Source of the DNA: Octopus sinensis | Lineage: Eukaryota | DNA: 64,000 nucleotides | Reading direction: 5' to 3' | Assembly (NCBI RefSeq): GCF_006345805.1 | Contig: NC_043021.1 | Coordinates: forward strand, 6,634,001 to 6,698,000 | Shown: positions 28,394 through 41,419 of the stretch, piece by piece | Position numbering within the stretch: the stretch's first letter is position 1 | Layout: each line of letters begins with the position of its first letter | The notes under the pieces: generated by a model | The model's database searches: none | Seen by the model: the letters and a program-made list of their open reading frames with translations, nothing else | What the model was told of the DNA's origin: nothing | Translations under genes and position numbers: made by a program

Positions 28394-28962
28394 TATATAT
28401 GCATGCATACAACCTTGTATGTCTTTTACATGTGTGTGTGTGTGTATGTGTACGAGTGAGGGAGAGAGATGCTACAGCTGAAGATGTTTCATAAGTCATG
28501 TATTTAAACCTCTCAACGCACGATATCGAGTTATACTTCAAAATCTGCTTTGCTGAAAATAGCAACAACTCACTGTTTCAGATGAGGCATCAAGCTGAGC
28601 GGGGGGGGGAAGGTGGGGGGGGATTGAGGATGTGATGGGGGTTTGGTGATGGTGGTGGTGATGGTAGGGAGGCGCTAGCTTTTTAGCAGTATCTTCACTT
28701 GTGGAGGCAGCTGTTGTATAAGAAGCACAAGTGCGAAAGAGAGAAAAATGGATAGAATGATAGATAGATAGATGAAGAAGAGATCGATAGGTGAATAGAA
28801 ACTAGGAGGTATGCTATGGAGGGGAGTTTCTCGTGATAAAAATTAAAAGATAAAAATTTATTAATTGTTTGATGAGAAGCAGAACTAGTGATGCATATGA
28901 CCCGGTCGCGGTGTCCCCTGGATCTGGTAAAGTGGAAAAAGGGGTGGGAGAAGCTAATTGTG

Positions 28963-29369
28963 TACTCTTTTACTCTCTTTTACTTGTTTCAGTCATTTGA
29001 CTGCGGCCATGCTGGAGCACCGCCTTTAATTGAGCAACTCGACCCCGGGACTTATTCTTTTGTAAGCTCAGTACTTATTCTATCGGTCTCCTTTGCCGAA
29101 CCGCTAAGTGACGGGGACGTAAACACACCAGCATCAGTTGTCAAGTAATGCTAGGGGGACAAACACAGACACACAAACATATATACACACACACATATAC
29201 ATATATATGACAGGCTTCTTTCAGTTTCCATCTACCAAATCCACTCACAAGACATTGGTCAGCCCAGGGCTATAGCAGAAGACACTTGCCCAAGATGCCA
29301 CGCAGTGGGACTGAACCCGGAACCATGTGGTTGGTTAGCAAGCTACTTACCACACAGCCACTCCTGCGC
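28963..29369 (-). mobile_element. SINE family A
   Basis: Near-identical reverse copy. Confidence 0.9.
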
Positions 29370-29881
29370 TTTTTTTTTTTTTTTGTGAATGCTGTGAAGG
29401 GGATTTAACTGCTATTCTTAACAGATCCACTGACCATGTTAAAAAAAATCTGGCTGTATTTGGGAGCAGCTTAGGCACCACTAATACAAATGAAGGTCAT
29501 ATTACTTCATAAAGCCATAATACCAAAATAATGAATATGAATTATTCAAACATAATGGTGTATGTGCGTGTGTAATGAGCCTCTTTCAGTTTGTCTACCA
29601 AATCCAATCGTATGGTTTATGAATTCAATTGAAACATTACTCAGTTCAGGTAAAATATATATATATATATATATTATATATATAATATATATATATATAT
29701 ATATGATTCCAAGAGTGTTAGAGGTTGTGAATCCAACCAACTAAGGGATAATATCTATCCAATATACTTACTGCTGGTAGAATACCCAATTATTAATACA
29801 CAAGTGTTTTTTCATTGCATGGCAATTACACTACTGAATGTAATAAATGGGCGAGGGTAAAATGTTGTTTTACCCTTAATT

Positions 29882-30149
29882 TATACGGCAATAAGAAAAT
29901 GGAGGGGATCAAGAGGTGGTATTCATCAACTTTTAGACATTATACTATGTCTATTTTTTAAAAAAAAACAATTATAATAATATACATACATGTATAACAG
30001 TTTATGCTTTACATATATAAAAACACCATATACACGTATGTATATTATTATAATTGTTTTTTTTTTAAATAAATAAATAGACATAATATAATGTCTAAAA
30101 GTTGATGAACATCACCTCTTGATCCCCTCCAATTTTTTATTGCCGTATA
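29882..30149. mobile_element. Foldback / MITE-like element with ~115-120 bp inverted arms
   Basis: TATACGGCAATAA...ATGTATA (29882-29996) pairs with TATACACG...TTATTGCCGTATA (30029-30149); TA at both ends. Confidence 0.8.
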
Positions 30150-30518
30150 TATCTATATCTATCTATCTAGCTATCTGTCTATCTGTCTATGGATGAATTG
30201 AGACCATATTGGGATATGTCCAATGATTTAAAGCCCAATGGTAGTATAAATTTGATGCAACCTTGTACAAACCAGCCCTGGAGTTTGTCTGGAACTTGGT
30301 TGGAGTAACATGTTTTGACTGATTCCACCCTGCACTTTATATACACTCTCTTTTCAAACATTGGGAGTACTGCTGCTTTTGTTTCATGTCACTTCCTCAA
30401 CCATCTCTGTATATTATGTATTATATATGTGTGTGTGTGTGTGTGTATTTATATACTTATATACATATATATATATGTAGCGGAGAATTTTTTCTAGAAT
30501 TTTTTTGCTACCCTTATA

Positions 30519-30915
30519 TCTTTATATATAAAAGTCAAGTTGTGTGTCTGTCTCCTACGATTTAGATTCCTAACTACTCCCACATTTTGCGGTGCAGTTT
30601 AACCAAAAACCGGGTATCTTATAGTTGTGATTCATATCGAGCCATTCTAGGTATTAGTGCGCATCTACGATGAGTCTACGATTTAAAAAAAAATTTAACG
30701 TTATTTTTTCCATTTTAATGCATTTTTTCGCTATTATATAAGGGAAGTAACTCTCTAAAAATGTCTACGATGAGTCAACGATTTAAAAAAAATTTACCAT
30801 TATTTTTTTCCCATTTTTAATGCATTTTTTTGCTATTTTTTGGCTATAACTCTCCAAAAATGCTTATATAGTTATTTCCCTTACAAACCCGAGCAACGCC
30901 GGGCAATACTGCTAG
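30519..30915 (+). mobile_element. Non-autonomous Helitron (397 bp)
   Basis: A|TC...CTAG|T junctions; subterminal hairpin CCCGAGCAACGCCGGG (30888-30903); internal ~98 bp tandem duplication starting near 30666 and 30764. Confidence 0.85.
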
Positions 30916-30917
30916 TT

Positions 30918-30958
<41 letters not shown>

Positions 30959-31786
30959 ATATATATACATATATATATGGTAGTATAAATTTGATCCAAT
31001 CCTGTACAAACACACACACTCACACTGGGTATTTAGATTTAAAATAAAAATTGTTTGAAAATTCAGTTACTTCTTCCAATGAATTGAACAAAATATCTAC
31101 TCCCCCCCTCTCTCCCCTCTGTTCTGTATAGTAATCCCCAGATTACAAGGATTATGATTATAGTTCACTGTATACCCTTTTCTCCAATCCCAAACTAGAA
31201 ATCTTGGTTAGTGGCGGTGGGGAAGGGGGGAAAAAAAAAGGAAAAACAAAAAAAAAATCCTCCATAATCCTTCTTCTCTCTAATCTTCAGGAGATCTGAT
31301 TAAATGAGAAAAATTAAGACACTTAATCTTTTCTAATATCTTCATTGACGCAGTGTGTTGTTGTTGAAGAAATATTTTTGCTGCCTACATGACTTGATCT
31401 AAGCAAGTCAGATGTGTTTAAGATTTGCTGTGGCTTCCCCTCCTCTCCTTCTCTGCTGCTGTCTTGTGGATTGGTGCTGCCACAGCAGTGTTCTAGACAT
31501 AGGTGTCTACATTTGTTAGCAGTTTTTCCAATGAATTTTAATATATGTGTGTGCAAGCGTATGTGTCCATTATAATTTTTTTATTCTTTTTGATTATTTG
31601 AATTCTTTCGATAGATAAAAAAAAAAGTTAGTTTTAGCTGGTTTCTAACAAAGAAACTATAAGTTCTATCACTTGCATTTATAGATAATAAACAGGGTAG
31701 AGATAGTTATAAGGTGAACTTTAGAAAAGTCTTGCATATTTAGAAAGACAAAAGAAAATTTTTTTTTGCCCTAACATTTTATTTAC

Positions 31787-32065
31787 AAGCACCATCCGAT
31801 CATGGCTTTTGCCAGCCTCGCCTGGCACCCATGCCGGTGGCACGTAAAAAGCACCATCCGATCGTGGCCGTTTGCCAGCCTCGTTGGCATGTGAAAGCAC
31901 CCACTACACTCACAGAGTGGTTGGCATTAGGAAGGGCATCCAGCCATAGAAACATTGCCAGATCAGACTGGGCCTGGTGCAGCCTTCTGGCTTCTCAGAC
32001 CCCAGTTGAACCGTCCAACCCATGCCAGCATGGAGAACGGACGCTAAACGATGATGATGATGATG
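31787..32065 (+). mobile_element. Family B retroposon
   Basis: GGAAGGGCATCCAGC...AAACGATGATGATG tail; two internal units. Confidence 0.85.
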
Positions 32066-33480
32066 CATGTTGTTAACTAGTCACTTTCTTTGAATGTAAA
32101 CCCCTAGTTTGTGAAATTACTCTGGGACATTTTGTAGTATGCATAATCAAATGGTCTAATAATTAAAGGTATAAACATGAATTCATAGTCAGGGCTGAGA
32201 ATGTATAGGTTTTAAGTCATTGTCTATAAATAAGACACACATGTGACTGTGTGGTGAGAAGCTTCCTTCACAACCACATGGTTCCAGGTTCAGTCCCACT
32301 GTGTGGCACGTTGGGCAAGCATCTTCTACCATAGCCTTGGGCCAACCAAAGCCTTGTGAGTTGATTTGGTAGACGGAAACTGAAAGAAGCCTGTCATGTG
32401 TGTATATATATATATATATGTATGTGTGTTTATGAGTATGTGTCTTGGTGTCTGTTTGTCCCTCCATCACTGCGTGTTGGTTTGTTTACATACCCATAAC
32501 TGAACAGTTTGCCAATAGAGACTGATAATATAAGTACCAGGCTTTAAAAAAACTAAGCCCTGGGGTTGATTTGGTTGACTAAAGGTGGTATTCCAGCATG
32601 GCTGCAGTCACATGACTGAAACAAGTAAAAATGTAAAAGTAAATAACCTCAATTTCACTGAATTTGGAAGACATATACACAGCCTCAGGCTTGTTTTGAT
32701 GAAAATATTTCACCAATATTCCTCAAGTTGATGATATTTATATACATACATACATACATAGATGCATGTATACATGTATAAAGAGATAACTATTATTTTT
32801 TTTTTTTTTTTTTTTTTTTTGTTAAAGATTGAAGTTCCTTGGCACAATTCAAGCTGATGTTTACCGTTCTCGGTACCACTCACTCTATAACATTCTCTAC
32901 ACCATACATTCCTAGAAATATATACACTCGTACACACATTCTTCCTTCCTCTCACTCTTTTCTCATCCAGCCATAAAAACCACGCCAAAACAGATTGTGG
33001 AGCTTGGTGCAGTCCTCTGGCTTGCCCTGCCCCTGTCAAACTGTCCAACTCATACCAGCATGGGAAACAGACATTTGATGATGATGGTGATGATGTGTGT
33101 TTGTATACATATAAGTGTTTCTGTGTGTGTGCACATGCTTGCATATATATATGTATACATGCGTATTTTTCGCTCATTGGTGCCGTCCTGTACTTAATGT
33201 GTATTTTTTCATTTTTATTTATATATGCATGTTTGTGTATGTGTATGCATATATGCATACGTGTGTGTATGCATGTGTGCATTTATGTGTGTATGCACAT
33301 ATGCATGTGTGCATTTTTATGTACATGCATGTGCGTGTATGCATATAGGCATGAGTGTGTATGTGTGTGCATATAAGCATGAGTGTGTGTGTGTACATAT
33401 ATTTATATATCTGTGAGCATATATATATATATAATATAAATATATATATATATATAAATATACACATGCATATATGTTTT

Positions 33481-33518
<38 letters not shown>

Positions 33519-34258
33519 CATACATACACACTCACATGTATATATCTGTGTATATATTAACAGTTTGAGTCACTGAAAGTTCATAGACAAATCTGTATGT
33601 AAATCTAACTGGTAGGCATCCTGATAAATTAGTTTTACTTCTGTGAATGTTCAAGTAATGTAAGACTGTGGTAGTCTATAAATAATATTTAGCTTCGACA
33701 ATGTGTTGAGTGCTTTAAAAAAAAAAAAAAATTCTATACACTCACTTGTGTGTGTGTGTGTGTAACAAACAGAGGAATGGTTGGTACATAAGAAATCTTG
33801 AAATCCCCTCCCCTGCAGGCAATCTCTGCAGTAGCTGTGTAACGAATGCTCCCAGTCTGCATTGTAGAGTGCGTGGTGATAGAAAAAGGTACCCAAGTGT
33901 AAAAAACCATGCTGAAAATACCAATGTGTGTTGTAATAAGAAATAGTTGCAGCTGTGGCTGGGTGGTTGCATTTGCTTCCCAGCCATGTGGTCTTGGGTT
34001 CAGTGCCATTGTATGATACCTTGGGCAAATGACTTCAAACCTATGCTCCTGGACTGACCAAAGCATTGTGAGTGGAAACTGAAAAAAAACCCCATTGAGT
34101 GTGAGTGTATATATATATATATATATATATATATGAGTCACTGCTAGATGTGTCAAAATAATTGTCGTGATTAATAATAAATTCTCATATATTCCATCTT
34201 CCGTCCTTTCATATTTACCATATATATATATATTATATATATATATATATATATAATT

Positions 34259-34346
34259 TTAATCCAAACGGGAAACAAAAAAACAACAACAATGGAACAA
34301 TTACAGTATTATTATTAATAGGCGCTCAGGAAATGGAAGCAGGGAA
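34259..34346 (-). mobile_element. Truncated family P1 3' end lacking the hammerhead motif
   Basis: TTAATCCAAAC...GCGCTCAGGAAA matches 2085-2170; TA tracts on both sides. Confidence 0.55.
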
Positions 34347-37300
34347 TATATATATATATATATATATATGATAAATAATATATATGTGTGTGTGTGTGTG
34401 TGGAATGATTATATATATATGTATATATGATAAATAATATATGTGTGTGTGTGTGTGTGGAATGATTATATATGTATATATGATAAATAATATATATGTG
34501 TGTGTGTGGAATGATTATATATAGGTGCTACTTTGGTATGGGATCTACGTAGCCAATGTAATCTACAAGAGTCAAATTCTACTTTAGTATGCAACCTTCA
34601 TTTATTTATTTATTATGGCTTAAATAAAACATTCTTACATTTTTATACATTTATTAAAAACAATTTAAATGAAACAGATTTGAAACAAGTTTACTAATGT
34701 TTATGGGTGAATTGAACACACATCAGCTAGAAAAATAAAAGTAGATAATTAAAATTTTTATACATTTATTATTAACACTTACGCTTCGAAAAAATCCTAA
34801 GCAATCTGTTGCACAAATTTTAATGACAAAATCTTATGTGAGCCCTGCAATGGTCATGTGGATTCTTGTTTGAGAACCATTGAAGTAGAGTTTCCTTCTG
34901 TTGCCTCCCACTTCTTTTAATTGTTGGTTCAAGTAGCTCTGACATATTCAACTTGGAAATAAACCTTCAACTATTGCCACTGCATGGCACTTGTGAGTTA
35001 ACACCTTTTACAGTAGCCCCAAATTGATCGATTCCTTATGAGGGAACTCGATAGATGATAACTTTCTAAAGCCTGTCGTGTGTGCTTATGTATATGTTTG
35101 CATCTCCACCTGCCGACTGGTGTTGGTTTGTTTGTGTCCCTGTTTGGCAAGCTCAATGAGACTGAGTACCAGTCTTAAGAAAAGAAGAGTACTGAGGTTG
35201 ATTTGATCAACTAAATCAGTGTCTCAACCTTTTTTTTTTACCTATGGAACCCTTTGAGTCCTATTTGACTAGGATAAACCCTCTTTTCCATTTGATGTAA
35301 ACATAACCTTGAGATTTTTATGATGTGATTGTTTATTTTTAGAATGACATTGTAGGGTAGGTGTGAGAGGCTGGATCTGGACAGTTTCAACATAAAACTG
35401 GTAGAATATATGGGTTGGATGTGACTGGTTTAAATGCTAAAAGGTTAAGGTGGTATCCCAGAATGGCCGCGATTGAATGGCCGAACTAAGAAGAGTGGAA
35501 GACCTACTTCCGCTCATTTTTGTATGGAAGGGCACTTATAGTCTGAGACCAATGGGTTCTCTGTGTGTGCTGTGTGTGTGTGTGTGAAACATATTCCAGT
35601 TGCTGAACACAGACATTTAGCTATCTTTCTGACCCCATCTTGTCAACAGTCATGAGGATGTTTTGTCAAAACACACACAAAAAAATAATAAAATAAACAA
35701 AAAAAAAACAAAAAAAAGAACGAAAGAAAGAAAGAAAATAAAAAAGCCAGGACATGTAGAGCCATTATCAAGCTGGTTGCTATTCTAGTCAACTTGAATT
35801 ACAGTTGTATGACAGAGAAATTTAGCTGATTGGAATTTCTCATCTGGTCTACAATCCACTGCTGAGTCATTTCAGCTGACTTTTTCTAAGTCTAGCTTGC
35901 TGCCTAGCTCCATTAGCTAGTTAGATTGCTAGATAGCTATCCTGTTAGCTATTCTAGCTAGCAACAGATTTAATAATAAATTGTTTGGTTGGATATTATG
36001 GCATTATTTATTTCCTCACCCTTCCAGGTCAGCCATGATGGAACTGAATTTTCCTGTCACAGCTTTTTAAGGTTATCTACCTAACAATAAAATGTTTTAG
36101 TGTCTTTCTTTGTATTTAAGAATTGAGGGTGATTTTGTGGCTATTTCTAGCAGGTCAAGCAGCCATGTACAGGTTTGATTGTTGTGTTTATTTCCCGGAT
36201 AAGCTCTGATAGAACTGACAGGCCTCTAATCAGACATCCCAACCATGACCATTTGTCCTACTTTATTCAGACATAGGACAATGTAGTCTACCTGTTTTTC
36301 TAAGACACTGAGCAATCTGAAACCCACTGACCTTGTGTGTGTGTGTGTGTGTGTGTATGTGTGTGTGTGCATGCACACACACACGCATGTGCATGCCCTC
36401 CCCCCATCCCAGTTTTAAAACGGTTTTAATATCTTTTATCTTTTACTGTGGTCATGCTGGGGCACCATCTTGAACATTTTTAATCAACCAAATCACCCCC
36501 TCCCCAGTACTTTTTTTTTTAAAGTCAGGTACTTATGCTGTCAGTTACTATTGCTGAACTGCTAAGTTATGAGGGACGTAAACAAAACATCACTTGTCAA
36601 GTAAGTGGAAGGAGACAAAGATGCACGTGCACATATACAACAGGCTTCCACACAGTTTCCATCAACCAAAATTCACTCTGAAGACATTAATCAACCTGGG
36701 GCTATCGTAGAAGATGCTTGCTCAAGGTGGCCATGCAGCGGGGCTAAAACCCAAACCACATGAATGGATGCAAAAGGAAGTTCTTAACCACTCATTTTTG
36801 CCCGCTAGCATCATAACATTATATATTAACTGTATTTATTGAAATTACCCCCTTTTTTTTTATTCATTGAAATTGCCCATTTTATATGAGTTTTTTTTAA
36901 TTTTGATATATGTTTGTGACGTTGTTTTGTTATGTCAGATATTTCAGTTGTGTTTGAAATTGCTGCATAGATAAAGGTTATGCAGTGCATGAAACACAAA
37001 ACTTATTTCATTTGAAGGGAAAGGTGGTTGGTTAGTTGACTTAATAATCCCCCCCTGTACTGACTGATACTTTATCAACCCCTGAAGGGGACAATTGATG
37101 CAGTCGACTTCTTTGGGATTTAAATTTAAATGACCTTGGTGGAATTTGATTAACAATAAATAATGATAACTGTAATAATAATGGTTTCTAATTTAGGCAC
37201 AAGGCCGCAGATTTAATTAGGTCATGCTAGAATGTGTTATGGTAATGATGATGGTGGTGGTAGTGGTGGTGGTGGTGGTGGTGGTAGAGGTGGTGGTGGT

Positions 37301-37885
37301 GATAGTGGTGGTACTGCTTCTTTCAGGTTAAATATGCAGGTTGTGTGAAATGTTCTCAAGAACTGAACTGACTTGATGATACTGCTACTATTACTACTAC
37401 TACTACTGCTACTATCACCGCCACCTCCGCTCTATCCATTCAATGGTGACTGTCTAAAATCTCAAGTCTCTGGTTTTTGTATCCTGCATTCGCTCATTAC
37501 TGTATTATATTACCACTTATCTAGATTGTCTCCCTTTTACTCGTTTCTTGGTGTTGTTGGTATTTAACCCTAGGTAAGGTCTTGATCCAGCTGGTGTCCC
37601 AGCTATGTCCTTCCTGTTTTCAGACATAATTTTAAACTAGGGTTACATGATCTAGTATGACCTTCTCTTTTTATGACAACAAGGTGTTGTCCAAGTGGAC
37701 CTGGCTGCTATTTCTAGTAGGTTAAGGGAGCATGTAAATGCGTCTTTCATTAGTCCCTGATTCTTGTCCAAATACTGAGTGACAGATTAATTGCTTTGTA
37801 TTTATGTCCCTCCATGTTGTAAGTTAAAACACTGAACAAGTTGACTTTGCTTTTTTCCTTTTGCAAGTCGACAAAATATATACCA

Positions 37886-38539
37886 GGGTGGCACGTAAAA
37901 AGCACCATCCGTTCGTGGCCGTTGCCAGCCTCGCCTGGCCCCCCCCCCCCCCCCCGTGCCGGTGGCACGTAAAAAGCACCATCCGTTCGTGGCCGTTGCC
38001 AGCCTCGCCTGGCCCCCCCCCCCGTGCCGGTGTCACGTAAAAAGCACCATCCGTTCGTGGCCGTTGCCAGCCTCGCCTGCCCCCCCCCCCCCCGTGCCGG
38101 TGGCACGTAAAAAGCACCATCCGTTCGTGGCCGTTGCCAGCCTCGCCTGGCCCCCCCCCCGTGCCGGTGGCACGTAAAAAGCACCATCCGTTCGTGGTCG
38201 TTGCCAGCCTTGCCTGGCCCCCCCGTGCCGGTGGCACGTAAAAAGCACCATCCGTTCGTGGCCGTTGCCAGCCTCGCCTGGCCCCCCCGTGCCGGTGGCA
38301 CATAAAAAGCACCATCCGATTGTGGCCGTTTGCCAGACTCGTCTCGCACCTGTGCCGGCGGCACGTAAAAGGCACCCACTACACTCATAGAGTGGTTGGT
38401 GTTAGGAAGGGCATCCAGCTGTAGAAACACTGCCAGATCAAACTGGGCCTGGTGCAGCCTTCTGGCTTCCCAGACCCCAATTGAACCGTCCAACCCATGC
38501 TAGCATGGAAAGCGGACGCTAAACGATGATGATGATGAT
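37886..38539 (+). mobile_element. Family B retroposon with expanded tandem array
   Basis: Six near-identical units separated by C-runs, one diverged unit, a partial unit, then the standard body and (GAT)n tail. Confidence 0.9.
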
Positions 38540-39461
38540 AAATACCGAGAGGTCAGTGCAATTGGTTTACACTACCTCTCCATCATCATCATCATCATGT
38601 TCATTTTCCATGCTGGCATGGGTTTGACCAGAGCTGGTCAGCTGAAGAGCTGCCCAGGCTCTATGTCTGTTTAGATTAAATTTAAAACAAAGTTTGTATC
38701 ATAGAACTTGAGTGGTCTTACTCGGGTAAGTTGATATCAAGAGGGTTGTTAAGATGGTAAGGTGCAACCTGAGGGATATTTGATTTCCTCTTTTAGCAGC
38801 TTGGGTGGCACCGGAAGTGACCTGGCTGGCCAGTGTCGTTGAAGTTCTGGTGTGATGTCTGATACAAGCCACTGCACCCTTCCTCCTTCCTTCCAAAATA
38901 TGGGGTCTTGTTACTTATGTAAGAAATCAATCCATCCCCCATTACCATCATCATAATCTGTCAGCTATGACATGTAATATCAGAGAGCAGTGTCTGTAGC
39001 CCCCCCCCCCTCACTGTCTCCACCACTAACATCACTCTACCTTCACCACCACCACCACCACCACTATCATCACCATCATCACTGCCGCTACCACTACTTC
39101 TGTGTACAACTACAACTATTACCATCATCACTCTCACTGTCATAGTGTCCTTGATTTTTTTTTTTACTTCATATGTGGTACAGCCAGAACAATATAGAAT
39201 CCTATAAAGTTCACAATAAAGAATTCATGTCTTTTAATAAGTGATAACAGTTTGTGAGCCGTGCATGTGTGTGCGTATAGGTGAGTATGGCTGTAGACAG
39301 ATGTTAAATGTTAAATTTTGCAATATGTGTAATGCTGTCTCTAGCCTCGGAGAAACAACAGCATTGCACATAGATATATGAAATCTTAATAGCACATATT
39401 GCTTGATATCCTGAGCTGAAATTTTGTGTACAGATAGAAATCTAACTATACTGGAATTTAG

Positions 39462-39498
<37 letters not shown>

Positions 39499-39502
<4 letters not shown>

Positions 39503-39700
39503 GAGATGTGCTCGCATAGCAAGTAATTTGATCTGAGATCGTGTGCTGAAACGAAAACAATTGCAGCGTGGAAGGTGTTTATAAGCCATTTAAGAAACAC
39601 ACAAAAGCCGTTCGATTCACTTCAACATTTAAGTTTAATTTGTCAAAATATTTTCGTCGCTAAAATCCGCGACCTGTTCACTGACAAAGTCCATGCTACA
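39499..39700 (-). mobile_element. (TA)n-abutting element family P3 with hammerhead-like motif
   Basis: Motif at 39639-39688 on the minus strand, then ~140 nt to the (TA)n tract, the same layout as P1 and P2. Confidence 0.6.
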
Positions 39701-39839
39701 CAGATATTAAAATTATAATAATTATATATTATTATATTAGCATGTTAATATATGTATAAATTCTATAATTATTATTATATAAATGATTATATAACTCTTC
39801 TCCAAAGATTATTGAGACATTGAGGTCCTGGAAATTATT

Positions 39840-40013
39840 GTTAAGCCCTGGGTAGACAATGTATACAATGGAAGGCTGTATGTGTTTCAGTAAGACTCCG
39901 CAGTATCACACATGGCTCTAGTAACACAGGAATGGATGGCTGAAAATTTTCATGATCACATAGCCCCTAACATTTGGCCTCCTAATCCTCCAGGTCTCAA
40001 TCCATTGGATTGA
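39840..40013 (+). pseudogene. Tc1/mariner transposase relic (DD37D/maT-like catalytic region)
   Basis: VKPWVDNVYNGRLYVFQ*DSAVSH...QEWMAENF...WPPNPPGLNPLD* matches the FQQD..P.H and WPPNSPDLNP motifs; premature stops. Confidence 0.8.
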
Positions 40014-41383
40014 AAGCACAGAGGGTTAGCGGTGTGTAAAAACTGCTATGGGTTTAAGGATGGGAAAGACATCTGGTTGTAAAACAATGCCATAACATAT
40101 TTACCTAACCCATGAAAGCACAGAAAAACAAGTATGTAGGCATACATGAATTGATAGATGCACAAGAGCTGAAGTAGTGTAATTTTTAGTTTGTCTGTTA
40201 CATTGAATCACTGAAAATGCTTTATGACTCAAAATGTGTAACTGCTGTGACTGTCTAATTCTTTTTCTCTCTCTTTCAATCTCCACCCATTAGTTTATCT
40301 AATCCATTTTCTTTATAATGTTTTTCTCTCTCAGCTCAGCCACTGCTTTCTCCTTCCACATTCATATAGTGGAAGGCAGAAACCAGTGACCAAAAAAAAA
40401 AAATCACTTGGCTTATCATATAGAAGATTCTAGTCATAACTTAGTCACTGACCCGGAGATGGCATTGGTTGGACACAAAATACATATATGCACTTATATT
40501 TTGTGTGTATGGATATATATATTTTACACATGCTTGCATAGGCATAGATATATGTAAACATAAATGTATATATGTATGTATGTGTGTAAGAGAGATCATT
40601 TTATAGTACTCAAGACACAGAAGGGCTACTTAAGTTTTGTGTTACTCGACACTTATTCTACTCAGAAACAATGAATTGTGGACATGCTAGGGCAGCACCT
40701 TCGAAGAGCTATTTGTTGATCATATCAATCCCACTACTTATTCTAATTTGGCACTTGTTTTATCAATGTCCACTTGTTGGGGGATGTGCAAGAAACAAAT
40801 TCCAATTAAACTTCAAGTACCTTCGACTACCACAATGCATAATTTCAAGGTTGGGATGCAGACTTGTGATCAAATGGAAAGTTGGGGAACTACTGATTTA
40901 CATACAAGTGTATCTAAGACTACACTGTCTAATGTGTCCTCCCTTGTTTTGTTAGATGATAATGGGTGTGTGATTTATGAGAGACCTTGTCTCTCACATT
41001 TGCTTTATCTCATGGTTGTTCTGTGAGTCAAGCTCAGTTTTTTTCCTCGGTTGACGCAAGAAATATGTACTCTACTCAGCACCACCTTGTTTTATGTCTA
41101 TTGTTGAGGACTTGTGTGTGTGTGTCTGCCTGTGTATTATTTCCCACTGGATTTCTAAATTCTCAGATGAATAAGCAAATTGACCAGAAAGGTGACATGG
41201 AATGGGGTAGGTGTTTAAGTGTCTCTGTATCTGTTTGTTTGTGTGTGGGTGTGTTGGGTGCCATGTAGACAGTGCATGTCCTTTATGTATATAAAGTTGT
41301 GTGTCTGTGTGTCTTAATTTTTATTGAAACACACTCATACATACATGCATATTAATACTTTTGTAATCTTGTCTGTGTTAGCG

Positions 41384-41419
<36 letters not shown>

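Noticed and set aside
37886-38400. CRISPR array
   Set aside because: Spacers are poly-C rather than unique sequence, there are no cas genes, the context is eukaryotic, and the unit is part of a dispersed retroposon.
37750-38493. 247 aa and 183 aa minus-strand ORFs
   Set aside because: Read-through of the GC-rich tandem array; the repeated peptide mirrors the DNA unit.
38811-38820. ETS-like CCGGAAGTG motif as a promoter
   Set aside because: Single short motif with no CpG island or other promoter evidence.
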